A stretch of DNA of 64,000 nt from Patescibacteria group bacterium (GTDB lineage Bacteria; Patescibacteriota; Patescibacteriia; Patescibacteriales; UBA12465): the NCBI GenBank assembly GCA_041650715.1, contig JBAZKQ010000001.1:134945-198944 (forward strand), in the 5' to 3' direction. Of this stretch, positions 20,227 to 30,203 are shown piece by piece. A program made the position numbers and the translations under genes. The notes under the pieces are model-generated. The model was not told the origin of the DNA and did no database searches. It saw nothing but the letters and a program-made list of their open reading frames with translations. Position 1 is the first letter of the stretch, and the number at the start of each line of letters is the position of its first letter.

Positions 20227-20781
20227 CTATTTTTCTAATTCAATAATAATATTTTCGATTTGCCGGTAAAGTCTCTCCAAGCTGCCGTTATTATCTAATT
20301 TATAATTCGCCGTGGCCATGACTTGGGGGATTAAGAGCTCCGCTTCGCCTTGACCGTCGAGGAGAAATTGCGCGTATGTTTTAGAGGCGTCATCGGCGTT
20401 TTCTTGGCGCTCGATTAAGCGCTCGTAACGCTTTTTGGAGTCAACTTCGATGCTCACCAAGATGAAGCCGGACAATTGTTTTAAATAGACCATATCGGCT
20501 TCACGCCTAATGCCGTCCACGACAATAATTTCGTGCGGATCGTTCTTCACATCTTCGGCGATAATTTTGGCGAAGATGTCCTCGCTAAAGTTTTGCCGCA
20601 GGGCGGTTGATAATTTTTGGAGGTTGGCACGCACAATCGGTAGATAGAGGCGGCTGAGCACGTCGCGCAAAATCGTGGAAAAACGATGACAGCTCGCCCC
20701 ATAGTTTTCTTCCAAATATTTCTTCGTGACGTCTTTGCCGCTCGCGAGTTCGCCGACAAGGCCGATGATGGTTTTTTTCAT
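20227..20781 (-). CDS. dNMP kinase family protein (phage T4 gp1-like)
   Basis: 184 aa. The P-loop GLVGELASGKD, IVVDGIRREADM and the C-terminal NNGSLERLYRQIENII parallel, from memory, the T4 gp1 blocks SGVKRSGKD, VPDTRQDHEMD and NDGSLEELFSKIKNTL. Confidence 0.72.
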   Translation of the reverse strand: MKKTIIGLVGELASGKDVTKKYLEENYGASCHRFSTILRDVLSRLYLPIVRANLQKLSTALRQNFSEDIFAKIIAEDVKNDPHEIIVVDGIRREADMVYLKQLSGFILVSIEVDSKKRYERLIERQENADDASKTYAQFLLDGQGEAELLIPQVMATANYKLDNNGSLERLYRQIENIIIELEK

Positions 20782-20782
20782 A

Positions 20783-21286
20783 TTAATAAATAACCTGATA
20801 ATGAAGCATCAGGGTGTTGTCGTTTAGATTTCTGATTTCTAATAACTTTAAGTTCGCGTCCAAGTCTTTATTAAATAAAGAAAGGCCAGTCCCAAAAATT
20901 TTTGGTTCTACGGTTAAAATAATTTCGGTAATTAATTTTTTTTCGAGAAAAAGGGAATTTAGGAAAGACCCTCCCCCCAACAAGGCAGATTTATAGCCCA
21001 TTTTTTCTAACTCGATTAAAGTTTTTTCTGGCTCGCCTTTGACCCACTTAACACCAGCTATTTCTTCGGGGTTGTCATTTTCGGAAAAAACGACGTTTAG
21101 CCGTTCCTTCAGCGGCGCCGGAAAAGTCCGAAACGTATTTTCGCCCATCAAGATAACGCCGTGAGATTTGGAAATCTCAACAAATAGTTTTTTGTCTTCA
21201 CGGCTTGTCCAGTCCGCAAATTGGGTTTTGTCTTTGGCAATTTTTCCGTCAACTGTTATTGCCATCATCATGGTTACTGGGATCAT
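20783..21286 (-). CDS. Dihydrofolate reductase family protein (RibD C-terminal type)
   Basis: 167 aa. MAITVDGKIA...DWTSREDKKLF...ILMGENTF...LLGGGSFLNS is the RibD_C/DHFR-like pattern. Located 4 nt downstream of thyA. Confidence 0.7.
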   Translation of the reverse strand: MIPVTMMMAITVDGKIAKDKTQFADWTSREDKKLFVEISKSHGVILMGENTFRTFPAPLKERLNVVFSENDNPEEIAGVKWVKGEPEKTLIELEKMGYKSALLGGGSFLNSLFLEKKLITEIILTVEPKIFGTGLSLFNKDLDANLKLLEIRNLNDNTLMLHYQVIY

Positions 21287-21290
21287 AAGA

Positions 21291-22106
21291 TTAAATTGCT
21301 ATCGGGGCTTTGATTCCCGGTTCCGGGTCATAGCCTTCGAGAGTGAAATCCTCGTAGTTGAATGCGAAGATATCAGTTACTTGCGGGTTAATAAGCATTT
21401 TGGGGAGAGTTTTTGGCGTACGGGATAATTGCAATTTTACCTGCTCTAAATGATTGTTGTAAATATGAAGGTCGCCAAAAGTATGAATAAATTCACCCAA
21501 TTTTAGGTTACAAACTTGGGCCATCATCATGGTAAGAAGGGCATAGGAAGCAATATTAAAAGGTACGCCTAAAAATATATCGGCGCTGCGCTGATAGAGT
21601 TGGCAAGACAATTTGTTATCATGTGAAACATAAAATTGGAAAATAGTGTGGCAAGGCGGCGGAGCAGTTTTTTTGCCGCCGATTAATTGTCTTAAATCGC
21701 CAACATTCCAGCCACTAATAATAATGCGTCTTGAAGTTGGATTATTCTTTAAGGTTGCTACCGCCTCGGCAATTTGGTTTATCTTGGAGCCGTCTTTAGC
21801 TTCCCAAGCAGTCCATTGTTTCCCGTAGATTGGACCGAGGTCGCCGTTTTCATCCGCCCATTCATTCCAAATACTTACGCCGTTATCGTTTAAGTATTTA
21901 ATATTGGTATCGCCTTTCAAAAACCAAAGCAATTCGTAAATGATTGATTTAAGATGGACCTTTTTTGTAGTGAGCAGGGGAAAGCCGGCATTTAAATCGT
22001 AACGAACTTGGCGCCCAAAGACGCTAATCGTTCCGGTTCCCGTGCGGTCATCTTTACCCTGGCCGTTCTCTAAAACATCGCTGAGCAAATCAAGGTATTG
22101 TTTCAT
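21291..22106 (-). CDS. thyA: Thymidylate synthase (ThyA type)
   Basis: 271 aa. MKQYLDLL...DRTGTGT...[12 protein letters not shown] (catalytic Cys)...[20 protein letters not shown]. Confidence 0.97.
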   Translation of the reverse strand: MKQYLDLLSDVLENGQGKDDRTGTGTISVFGRQVRYDLNAGFPLLTTKKVHLKSIIYELLWFLKGDTNIKYLNDNGVSIWNEWADENGDLGPIYGKQWTAWEAKDGSKINQIAEAVATLKNNPTSRRIIISGWNVGDLRQLIGGKKTAPPPCHTIFQFYVSHDNKLSCQLYQRSADIFLGVPFNIASYALLTMMMAQVCNLKLGEFIHTFGDLHIYNNHLEQVKLQLSRTPKTLPKMLINPQVTDIFAFNYEDFTLEGYDPEPGIKAPIAI

Positions 22107-22118
22107 ATAATTTAATAA

Positions 22119-22616
22119 TTATTTTATATCCATATCGGAGTAGGTTGTCATGTCCTCCGAAAGTAAAGAAAATTCCAGGCCCGCTTCTTTAAAAATTTCT
22201 TTGCTACGCGCGCTGGCGTGATAGTCTTGCGCACAGACGACGCGTTTGATACCGGCGTTAATAATCATTTTGGCGCAGGTATAGCAGGGCGTCATTTTGC
22301 AATATAAAGTTGAACCCTCAAGGGCGATGCCCATGCGGGCCGCTTCGCAGATGGCATTTTGTTCGGCGTGCGCCGTGCGGATACAGTGGCGCGTCTGGGT
22401 TCCGTCTTCGTGGATAACGGTATGCATTTCATGGCCGACTTCATCGCAGTGCGGCAAGCCGACCGGTGAGCCGACATAACCGGTCGAAATAATGCGCCGG
22501 TCGCGCGTGATTACACATCCCGATCGTCCGCGGTCGCAAGAACCGCGGCTGCCAACCATGTCCATTATCTTAATAAAATATTCGTCCCAAGAGGGGCGAG
22601 CGTAGGCTTCAGACAT
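22119..22616 (-). CDS. dCMP deaminase (ComEB type)
   Basis: 165 aa. Zn motifs HAEQNAI and PCYTCAKMI. First gene of the thymidylate operon. Confidence 0.9.
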   Translation of the reverse strand: MSEAYARPSWDEYFIKIMDMVGSRGSCDRGRSGCVITRDRRIISTGYVGSPVGLPHCDEVGHEMHTVIHEDGTQTRHCIRTAHAEQNAICEAARMGIALEGSTLYCKMTPCYTCAKMIINAGIKRVVCAQDYHASARSKEIFKEAGLEFSLLSEDMTTYSDMDIK

Positions 22617-22781
22617 AATATTTTTTTAATGATTTAGTACTTATATTTTAGTATATTATTAGAATAAAATAAATCTTGACAGATGCCCCTTTCTGTCCCT
22701 AAGGCCTTTAAAAAAGTGCAAAAAGGGGATAAACTGTTAGTAGAAGATAACGCTAAACATCATATTTAAGCTTTTATCAGT

Positions 22782-23048
22782 ATGCTCGAGAAATTAATTG
22801 AGAATTTAGCTAATAATAAAGAAATTTATTTCAACGTCAAGGTTATTCCCGGTGCTCCAAAAACGGAGATTCGCGATGAAATGGCTGACGGGACTATTAA
22901 AATTGCTTTAGCCGCTCAGGCAGAAAAAGGTGAAGCCAATCAGGAGCTGGTAAATTTTGTCGCTAAAGCTCTGGGCGTTCGAAAATATCAGGTTAAAATT
23001 ATCAGTGGTTTAAGCGAACGGGCCAAATTGCTCAAGGTTAGTCGCTAA
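22782..23048 (+). CDS. DUF167 (YggU) family protein
   Basis: 88 aa. [11 protein letters not shown]...[28 protein letters not shown]...[14 protein letters not shown] follows the YggU pattern. Confidence 0.75.
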   Translation: MLEKLIENLANNKEIYFNVKVIPGAPKTEIRDEMADGTIKIALAAQAEKGEANQELVNFVAKALGVRKYQVKIISGLSERAKLLKVSR

Positions 23049-23063
23049 TAAAATATCACACTT

Positions 23064-23900
23064 ATGGATTTATCCGTCGTTATCGTTTCCTGGCAAGTCG
23101 CCCAAAAATTAAAATCCAATCTAAGCGCTTTGTTTAAATCACAAGGCGATTTTAAATTTGAGGTATTTGTGATTGATAATAATTCCGGCGACGGTAGCGC
23201 AGAAATGCTGCGGCGTGATTTTCCGCAAGTTAAATTAATCGCCAATTCTGATAATCGCGGTTTTGCGGCGGCTAATAATCAAGCACTCAAGGATTGCACG
23301 GGAGATTTTATTTTATTATTGAATCCGGATATGCTGGTGACGGAAAATACTTTAGTTAATATGCTCGCCTGGGCGAAATCTAACCCGCAAGCAACCGTTA
23401 GCGGCTGCAAACTGGTTGACGAGAAAGGAGAAATTATTAAACAGGTGCGCCGTTTTCCTAAACTTTGCGATCAATTGGCCGTTACTCTAAAATTACCGCA
23501 TATTTTCCCCGGCGTGGTAAATAAATATTTGGCAGCTGATTTTGATTATGCGCAGGCGGCGAAAGTGGATTCTATCCGCGGTGCTTTTTTTCTGATTAAT
23601 CGCGCCAGCTATAATAAAATTAGCGGCAAAAATTTTCCCTTACTTGATGAGCGTTATTTTATTTGGTTCGAAGAAGTTGATTTTTGCCGGGAAGTTTATA
23701 AATTAGGCGGTGAAGTTTGGTATGCGCCAGTGGCGGAGTGTCTTGACTACGTCGGGCAAAGCTTCGCGCAGGTAAAACGCGGCCAAGCACAAAAATATTT
23801 TAGCGATTCGATGCTAAAATATTTTCAGAAATGGGAGGCAAAATGGAAATTCAATATATTAAAAATTGTTTGGAGAATTATACTCTTGTTTTATAAATAA
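23064..23900 (+). CDS. Family 2 glycosyltransferase
   Basis: LSVVIVSW...[10 protein letters not shown]...[10 protein letters not shown]...LLLNPDM contains the DxD and GT2 core. Confidence 0.85.
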   Translation: MDLSVVIVSWQVAQKLKSNLSALFKSQGDFKFEVFVIDNNSGDGSAEMLRRDFPQVKLIANSDNRGFAAANNQALKDCTGDFILLLNPDMLVTENTLVNMLAWAKSNPQATVSGCKLVDEKGEIIKQVRRFPKLCDQLAVTLKLPHIFPGVVNKYLAADFDYAQAAKVDSIRGAFFLINRASYNKISGKNFPLLDERYFIWFEEVDFCREVYKLGGEVWYAPVAECLDYVGQSFAQVKRGQAQKYFSDSMLKYFQKWEAKWKFNILKIVWRIILLFYK

Positions 23901-23925
23901 ATAAGTCCAAAACACGTTTTTTCTT

Positions 23926-24993
23926 ATGTCCACAAAAGTCGGAATAATATTAATAAACTATAAAGACTACGCGGAGAGCTTTTTGGCGCCTTGCCGCGAT
24001 TCTTTGCGTCTTCAGGATTATCCGGCCGAACTGATTAGAGTCTACATTATCGATAACGCCTCGACCCCGGAATCCTTTGTTTATTTGCAGACGCTTTATC
24101 CGGAAGCAAAAATATTAGCCCGTAGCGATGGTAATTATGCGGCGGCCAATAATCTTGGTTTTAAAGAGGCGGCTCATGATGGCTGCGAATATATCGTTAC
24201 TGTTAATATGGATACAGAAATGGCTCCGACCTGGCTAAGCGAATTAGTGCGCGCGCTCGAGAGCAACCCTGAAGCGGGAATTGCGCAATCAAAAATACTC
24301 TTATACCCGAAAACGGAAGCGGAAAAAGCGCAGCCCAGAATTAATAGTTTGGGCAATAAAATTCATTTCCTCGGCTTTGGCTTTACTTCCGCTTATGGCG
24401 AAGCGGATCGTGAAATTACCGGCTACCCCGAAATTACCGGCTACGCCAGTGGGTGCTCATTTATAATTCGCGCCTCACTTTTGGAAATTATCGGCGGTTA
24501 CAATGAAGAATTTTACATGTATCATGACGACTTGGAAATAAGTCTCAAGGCAAAACTTACGGGCGCGAAAATAATTCTGGCGCCGCGCTCCGTCATTTTC
24601 CATAAATATGAATTTAAGCGTAGTACGCGGATGATTTATTATATGGAACGTAATCGCTATTTGACTCTTCTGACTTTTTATCCGTCTTACCTACTGATGC
24701 TAATTGGCTTGCCCGGCGTAATAATGGATATCGGGATGCTATTTTTCTCGCTGCTCAAGGGCTGGTTTAAGGAAGAGCTAAAAATTTATCACTATTTTTT
24801 ACAATTCAAAAATTATGATAAGATTCAAGCGGAACGGCAGAAAATAAAAGCTTTCCAGAAACGTCCCTTTTCCGAGTTGGCTAAGGATTTTTCCGGTCAA
24901 ATAGAATTTAGCGAAATCGCCAATCCGATTTTGAAATATATCGTTAACCCGCTGCTAAATATTTATTGGCAGCTACTCAAACTAATCATTTAA
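23926..24993 (+). CDS. Family 2 glycosyltransferase with C-terminal TM segments
   Basis: VGIILINYKD...IIDNAST...GNYAAANNLG...VNMDTE. Contains an in-frame 18-bp tandem duplication at 24412-24447. Confidence 0.85.
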   Translation: MSTKVGIILINYKDYAESFLAPCRDSLRLQDYPAELIRVYIIDNASTPESFVYLQTLYPEAKILARSDGNYAAANNLGFKEAAHDGCEYIVTVNMDTEMAPTWLSELVRALESNPEAGIAQSKILLYPKTEAEKAQPRINSLGNKIHFLGFGFTSAYGEADREITGYPEITGYASGCSFIIRASLLEIIGGYNEEFYMYHDDLEISLKAKLTGAKIILAPRSVIFHKYEFKRSTRMIYYMERNRYLTLLTFYPSYLLMLIGLPGVIMDIGMLFFSLLKGWFKEELKIYHYFLQFKNYDKIQAERQKIKAFQKRPFSELAKDFSGQIEFSEIANPILKYIVNPLLNIYWQLLKLII

Positions 24994-24994
24994 T

Positions 24995-25798
24995 ATGGAC
25001 TTATCGATCGTGATCGTCAATTATAGAAGCCGCAAAAAATTGGAGGTCTGTCTGGCCTCAATTTTTCAGGCTGATAATAAGAATTTGAATTATGAGATTA
25101 TTTTGGTGGAGAATAATTCGGGTGAAGATTTAAGCGACTTGGTTTCGGGCCGCGCTAATTTGCGCCTGATTGTCAGTGCGAAAAATTTGGGCATGGGCGG
25201 CGGCAATAACCTCGGTATCGAGGCGGCGCGGGGCGAATACATTTTTATCCTTAATCCCGATACGATAATTCAAAATGGCGCGATTGCGACTTTATTTAAT
25301 TATTTAAAAAATAATCCCGGCGTCGGCATCGTCGGTCCGAAATTAATGAATACCGACGGCTCTCTGCAGTATTCCTGTTCGCGTTTTCCTAAAGTTTATA
25401 TGCCGATTTTGCGCCGCACTTTTTTCGGAAAATATTTTGCGGTCTTGCGGGACCATTATCAGATGATGGAGTTTGATCATAATTCGATTAAGGAGGTCGA
25501 CTGGCTCATGGGCTCGGCGCTGATGTTTAAGAAAAAATTAAGTTTGGCGGACGGGACTTTTTGGGAACCGCGTTTCGATGAATTCTTTTTTATGTATTTT
25601 GAGGATACCGATTTGTGTCGGACTGCCGGACAGAAAGGTTTTAAAGTCGTTTATAATTCGGAGGCGGTTCTAACGCATGACCATGCCCGGCAAAGTGCCA
25701 AGTATCCCTGGTATCTGGCAATTTTCCTGGATCGTTTGGCTTGGCGTCATATTAATTCCTGGATTAAATATTTCTATAAGTGGGGAATAAAGTTTTAA
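24995..25798 (+). CDS. Family 2 glycosyltransferase
   Basis: LSIVIVNYRS...VENNSGED...NLGMGGGNNLG...ILNPDT...FEDTDLC. The start overlaps the preceding stop region. Confidence 0.85.
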   Translation: MDLSIVIVNYRSRKKLEVCLASIFQADNKNLNYEIILVENNSGEDLSDLVSGRANLRLIVSAKNLGMGGGNNLGIEAARGEYIFILNPDTIIQNGAIATLFNYLKNNPGVGIVGPKLMNTDGSLQYSCSRFPKVYMPILRRTFFGKYFAVLRDHYQMMEFDHNSIKEVDWLMGSALMFKKKLSLADGTFWEPRFDEFFFMYFEDTDLCRTAGQKGFKVVYNSEAVLTHDHARQSAKYPWYLAIFLDRLAWRHINSWIKYFYKWGIKF

Positions 25799-25808
25799 AT
25801 AAAATTAT

Positions 25809-26684
25809 ATGAAAATTAAAAAAGCGATATTTCCGGTGGCCGGATTCGGTACCAGATTCTTGCCGGCAACGAAAGCTCAGCCGAAAGAAATGCTGACGGT
25901 CGTTGATAAGCCGGTTATTCAATATTTAGTAGAACAGGCGGTCGCTGCTGGGATCGAGGAGATTACTTTTGTGACCGGGCGCGGCAAGCGGGCGATTGAA
26001 GATCATTTTGATTATTCTTTCGAACTCGAAAAAACGCTGGTTGAAAAAAATAAGCTCGATTTAGTTAAGAAGGTGAAAGAAATTGAAAATCTCGCAAAAT
26101 TTTCTTATGTCCGCCAGCCCGTACCGCTCGGTGATGGACACGCTGTCCTATGCGCGGCACATTTGGTAAAAGAGAATGAACCGGTTTTGGTTATGTTTGG
26201 CGACACGCTTTATGACGCTGAGATTTCTCCGGTTAAGCAGGTAATCGAAGCTTATGAAAAATATGGCGAAACGATTATCGGTTTGTCGGAAGTAAAACCG
26301 GAAGAAGTGAGCCAATTCGGCGTTATTGCGGGAAACGATTTAGGCGGTGGTATTTATGAGATTACGCAATTTATTGAAAAGCCGAAAGCGAGCGAAGCGC
26401 CTTCGAATTTAGTCCAGGTCGGAATTAATGTCATTACGCCGGCGATTTTAGAAATTTTAGCGAAGATGAAAGTGGGGAAATCGGGCGAGATTAGATTAGC
26501 TGATGCCTATGATGAAATGCTGCGCCAAGGTAAGAAACTGTACGGCAAAAAAATAGAAGGGGAGTGGCTTGATACGGGCAATAAGTTTAATTTTATTAAA
26601 GCAACCTTAAAGATTGGCTTAAAAAATGAAGAGGTCGGCGCTGATTTACAGAAATTAATAAACGAATTGAGCACAAAGAATTGA
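25809..26684 (+). CDS. galU: UTP-glucose-1-phosphate uridylyltransferase
   Basis: KAIFPVAGFGTRFLPATKAQPKEMLTVVDKPVIQY is the canonical GalU N-terminus. Confidence 0.92.
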   Translation: MKIKKAIFPVAGFGTRFLPATKAQPKEMLTVVDKPVIQYLVEQAVAAGIEEITFVTGRGKRAIEDHFDYSFELEKTLVEKNKLDLVKKVKEIENLAKFSYVRQPVPLGDGHAVLCAAHLVKENEPVLVMFGDTLYDAEISPVKQVIEAYEKYGETIIGLSEVKPEEVSQFGVIAGNDLGGGIYEITQFIEKPKASEAPSNLVQVGINVITPAILEILAKMKVGKSGEIRLADAYDEMLRQGKKLYGKKIEGEWLDTGNKFNFIKATLKIGLKNEEVGADLQKLINELSTKN

Positions 26685-26736
26685 GTACAAAATAAACGAG
26701 ATACAAAATAAATTAGTTACAGCCTAAAATTGTTAA

Positions 26737-26771
26737 TAAAAAATACCGGGAACAGGTCTCGGTATTTTTTT
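26737..26771. terminator. Bidirectional intrinsic terminator
   Basis: 9-bp stem ataccggga/tctcggtat with a 5-nt loop. Flanked by an A-run (26737-26743) and a T-run (26765-26771). Lies between convergent galU and the 443-aa gene. Confidence 0.65.
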
Positions 26772-26787
26772 ATTGGTTTAATATAAT

Positions 26788-28119
26788 TTATTGCATCAAC
26801 ATCTTATAAATTCCCGCCTGCTGGCCGATTGAAGCCCAAAAATATAAATAGCTGTTCTTGCTATCGAGAACCGGGGAAGCGATTTGTTCGGCGCGGAATA
26901 AAAAAGTAACATTACGGTTTTTAAAATCTAAAACATTAAGCGTATTGCTCGTGGCATAGACCAGATAATTATCGTTTCCGTTCCAAATAATATCCTTAAT
27001 TTCTTCGCTCAGGCGTGTGACCAAGTCTGTACGGTTATTTTGAAAATTATAAATATTAATTTCAAAATCATTTATATAAATGAGCGACGAGCTATCGGGC
27101 GCGGTCCATTTTTTGATATTACGTATCGAAAGCGGTCCGCTCGCGATACTAATCGGGTTGAATAAATAAAGAGTATTATTTTTATCGTCGTAAATAGAGA
27201 GGTAATTAGGGATATCGGTTTTAAAAATATAATGACCGCTGGGCGCTAAAGTCCAAACACCGGATAGCTGTTTAGTTTTTAAATTATACGATTCAAGTTG
27301 AATTTGATTTTTATTTTCGACCAGAGTAAATATTTGGTCCCGGTTCGGGAGGAAGTCGAGATAATTCTGTCCGCTGATTATGACTGAGGAGGTTTTAGTG
27401 GACGGGTCAAGGCGATTAATTGCGTTATTGTTTTGGTAATAAAAATAACCGTTTGTTTCATCAAGATGCCAATTGGCGACGCCGCTCCCGACCAAACCGG
27501 CGTAGTTTATATCATTAGTTTCTTTGGCGGGATCAAAAATGCCTCCAGCGGCAAACAGTAAGCCATCTTTAAGCCAAAGACTGGTCCCAGTCGCGCTTAA
27601 AGTTAAAGTGCGCGCGGCTTCAGTTTTTAGGGTAATTATTTTCTTGGCCGCATTAAGATAAAGATATTTATTGTCCGGGCTTAAACTCAGGTTGTCGGCC
27701 GGAGTCGTTAAAATCATGACCGGCAAATCAGCGCGGAATAAATTTATATCTTCAGCAAAAGTACTTTCACCGGAATAAATTTGAATTTTTTCGGTAAAGG
27801 GCCAATAGCCGTCTTCTTCAAGGCGAAGAATATATTCGCCGGGCAGGATATTTTTAATTTTTGCCGGCGTTGTCAGGAAATCGTTTTTCCAGGGATTTAA
27901 AGATAAATTTTTCTGCGGCTTATCGTTTAAGTAAATAGTAGCGCGTGTCGGCTGCGTCGCGACGACGAGCATACCGGTTTTTTGCAGGAGGCGGTTAAAT
28001 TTTAAAGGCCAGCTGAGGTTAAATTTGTAGCCGGAGGCGTATAAGGACATCACAACCGTCATCACTATAAAAATAATGATGAATAATATAAAAAGATAAT
28101 CGCGGATTCGTTTATTCAT
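26788..28119 (-). CDS. Membrane-anchored protein with PEGA-like N-domain and beta-propeller-like repeats, function unknown
   Basis: 443 aa. N-terminal TM helix, then VVATQPTRATIYLNDKP...LPGEYILRLEEDGYWPF (PEGA-like), then a repetitive beta-rich region. Confidence 0.6.
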   Translation of the reverse strand: MNKRIRDYLFILFIIIFIVMTVVMSLYASGYKFNLSWPLKFNRLLQKTGMLVVATQPTRATIYLNDKPQKNLSLNPWKNDFLTTPAKIKNILPGEYILRLEEDGYWPFTEKIQIYSGESTFAEDINLFRADLPVMILTTPADNLSLSPDNKYLYLNAAKKIITLKTEAARTLTLSATGTSLWLKDGLLFAAGGIFDPAKETNDINYAGLVGSGVANWHLDETNGYFYYQNNNAINRLDPSTKTSSVIISGQNYLDFLPNRDQIFTLVENKNQIQLESYNLKTKQLSGVWTLAPSGHYIFKTDIPNYLSIYDDKNNTLYLFNPISIASGPLSIRNIKKWTAPDSSSLIYINDFEINIYNFQNNRTDLVTRLSEEIKDIIWNGNDNYLVYATSNTLNVLDFKNRNVTFLFRAEQIASPVLDSKNSYLYFWASIGQQAGIYKMLMQ

Positions 28120-28127
28120 AGATTAAT

Positions 28128-29387
28128 TTAGTCTGCTCTTTCAATTAGGGCACCAAGTTTTCTCAGGCGCGCATCAAGTTCTTCGTAACCGCGATCAATT
28201 TGATAGATATTATCTATTTCCGTTTCTCCTTCGGCGATTAAGGCGGCAATCACCAGGGCGATGCCGGCGCGAATATCAGGACTGATTAATTTCTTAGCAT
28301 AAAGGCCGGTCGGACCGCTGACAACGACGCGGTGCGGGTCGCACATGGTAATTGTCGCGCCCATCTGAGAAAGCATATCCGTCCAGATTAAGCGGCGATC
28401 ATAAATGGTTTCTTGAATAAGGGAGACGCCACGGGCTTGAGTCATTAAAACGACATAGGGCGATTGTAAATCAGTCGAGAAGCCGGGGTATTCATGAGTT
28501 TTTAAATCATAAGATTTGATGGAATCGGACTTTTTCATTTTCAACCAGTCTGTGCCTTTTTCATAGTTAACTCCGATTTTATCAAAAATAGTGAGCAGGC
28601 TTAAAATATGTTCGGGATTGCAATTCGTGATTTTAATTTCCGAGTTAGTCGCGGCCGCCATTAAAGCGAAGGACCCGGTTTCAATCCGGTCAGGAATAAT
28701 TTCGCAGACTCCGCCGCTAATTTTTTTTACTCCTTCGATGACAATAGTCGGGGTACCGGCGCCGGAAATTTTTGCGCCTTGAGAATTTAAATATTCGACC
28801 AGAGCGACGACCTCCGGTTCCATAGCACAATTGCGCAGCGTGGTTTTTCCTTCAGCGAGACACGCGGTCATAATCATGCTTTGTGTCCCGGTGACGGCCA
28901 TGGTTGTAAAGAAAAACTCGTTACCGATTAATTTCTTGGCACTGATATGATAATATTTTTCTTCAATTTCGACTTTAGCGCCGAGCGCTTCAAAGCCTTC
29001 CAAAAATAAATCAATCGGGCGTCCGGCCGCGCCGATGACGCAACCGCCGGGATGAGGAAAGCGCACTTCGCCGAGACGAGCCAGAATTGGACCCACGAAC
29101 ATGACCGAGGTGCGGAACTTATCGGCAATTTTTTTGTCTAATTCGTGCTTGCTTAGCTTGGCGGTATTTATTTCAAATTGGTGATCACCCTCGACAATCT
29201 CAGCCCCTAAATCGCGCAATAATTCCAGCGATTTTTCGACGCCATCAATGATTGGTACATTTTTAATGGTAATCGTCTCCTGGGATAGCAGGGCAACCGG
29301 CAGCATGATTTGGGCGTTGTTTTTGGCCCCGCCAACCGCGATTTCACCGCTTAGCTTTTGTTTCCCCGTAATAATGAATTTTGACAT
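28128..29387 (-). CDS. murA: UDP-N-acetylglucosamine 1-carboxyvinyltransferase
   Basis: 419 aa. GEIAVGGAKNNA...PGGCVIGAAGRPIDL (active-site Cys loop)...TDLQSPY. Confidence 0.95.
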   Translation of the reverse strand: MSKFIITGKQKLSGEIAVGGAKNNAQIMLPVALLSQETITIKNVPIIDGVEKSLELLRDLGAEIVEGDHQFEINTAKLSKHELDKKIADKFRTSVMFVGPILARLGEVRFPHPGGCVIGAAGRPIDLFLEGFEALGAKVEIEEKYYHISAKKLIGNEFFFTTMAVTGTQSMIMTACLAEGKTTLRNCAMEPEVVALVEYLNSQGAKISGAGTPTIVIEGVKKISGGVCEIIPDRIETGSFALMAAATNSEIKITNCNPEHILSLLTIFDKIGVNYEKGTDWLKMKKSDSIKSYDLKTHEYPGFSTDLQSPYVVLMTQARGVSLIQETIYDRRLIWTDMLSQMGATITMCDPHRVVVSGPTGLYAKKLISPDIRAGIALVIAALIAEGETEIDNIYQIDRGYEELDARLRKLGALIERAD

Positions 29388-29438
29388 ATTTGTAAAGGGT
29401 AAATTAGCATTGTTTATGCCTTAACTATAACTTATTTA

Positions 29439-29466
29439 TTGACATTTTTCAAATATCTGTTATTAT
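29439..29466 (+). promoter_or_regulatory. Sigma70-like promoter (TTGACA-N16-TATTAT)
   Basis: TTGACA at 29439-29444 and TATTAT at 29461-29466. About 40 nt upstream of the rplU ATG. Confidence 0.4.
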
Positions 29467-29505
29467 TTATAAATGTTAAGCAGAAATGTTAATTTTATAA
29501 ATTTT

Positions 29506-29814
29506 ATGGCAAAAATTGCAGTAATTAAGACCGGAGGCAAACAGTATAAAGTCGCTGTGGGCGATACGGTTAAAGTGGAAAAATTAGAAGTAGAAAACGG
29601 TAAAAAGGTTAAACTGGAAACTTTATTAATCGCTGACGGCGCTAACTTAGAATTGGGTGAACCGTCTCTGGGTGAAAAAGTTGAAGCCGAGGTTTTAGAA
29701 ACCGCGAAGGGCGACAAAGTTACCGTTGTTAAGTATAAAAATAAGACTCGCTATAAAAAAACTGTCGGCCATCGTCAGCAGTTTACCGCTCTCAAGATTA
29801 CCGCGATCGCTTAA
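29506..29814 (+). CDS. rplU: 50S ribosomal protein L21
   Basis: MAKIAVIKTGGKQYKVAVGDTVKVEKL...KYKNKTRYKKTVGHRQQFT. The start is moved to the internal ATG at 29506. The ORF-track start at 29473 adds 11 non-homologous residues. Confidence 0.93.
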   Translation: MAKIAVIKTGGKQYKVAVGDTVKVEKLEVENGKKVKLETLLIADGANLELGEPSLGEKVEAEVLETAKGDKVTVVKYKNKTRYKKTVGHRQQFTALKITAIA

Positions 29815-29834
29815 GCTTATATTTGGAAAATTTA

Positions 29835-29872
29835 AAAGTCCGTTTCTCATTTGAGGGGAACGGACTTTTTTA
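29835..29872 (+). terminator. Intrinsic terminator after rplU
   Basis: 11-bp stem aaaagtccgtt/aacggactttt followed by a T-run. Confidence 0.7.
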
Positions 29873-30178
29873 AAGGGGACTGTCGTCGCTACCGGTATCG
29901 CCCATTTTTTTAGCGCGGTGCCGATGGTAATTCTTAAAGATTAGTTTAAGAAATAAACCGCGGCGCTTTAAAATAATAAAGCGGAGGCGTCTAACTGTTT
30001 CGGGCAGTTTTCTGAGGTTCACTCGGTTGACGCGCTGTCGACCAAGATTAAAGAAGATTACCTTCACGTTGCCATCAACTTTTTTATTAAATAGTCCGAT
30101 GAACCAAAAAATAAAGAGAAGCAGAAGGGCAATAATGATAAGTAAGATAATGAGCAAAGTTACAGAAATCGTTATCAT
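29870..30178 (-). CDS. Possible small membrane protein (hypothetical)
   Basis: 102-aa ORF downstream of recR. It has a strongly hydrophobic N-terminus (LLIILLIIIALLLLFIFWFIGLF) and a very basic tail. No homology is recognisable and it could be spurious. Confidence 0.3.
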   Translation of the reverse strand: MITISVTLLIILLIIIALLLLFIFWFIGLFNKKVDGNVKVIFFNLGRQRVNRVNLRKLPETVRRLRFIILKRRGLFLKLIFKNYHRHRAKKMGDTGSDDSPL

Positions 30179-30203
30179 GCTTGGCGTTTTTGGGGTTTAT
30201 ATT

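Noticed and set aside
22674-22730. TTGACA plus a ccccttt...aaagggg long-range pairing upstream of the DUF167 gene, considered as a promoter or riboswitch
   Set aside because: No acceptable -10 hexamer sits at 16-19 nt. The 7-bp pairing encloses a 29-nt unstructured loop, so the evidence is too weak to call.
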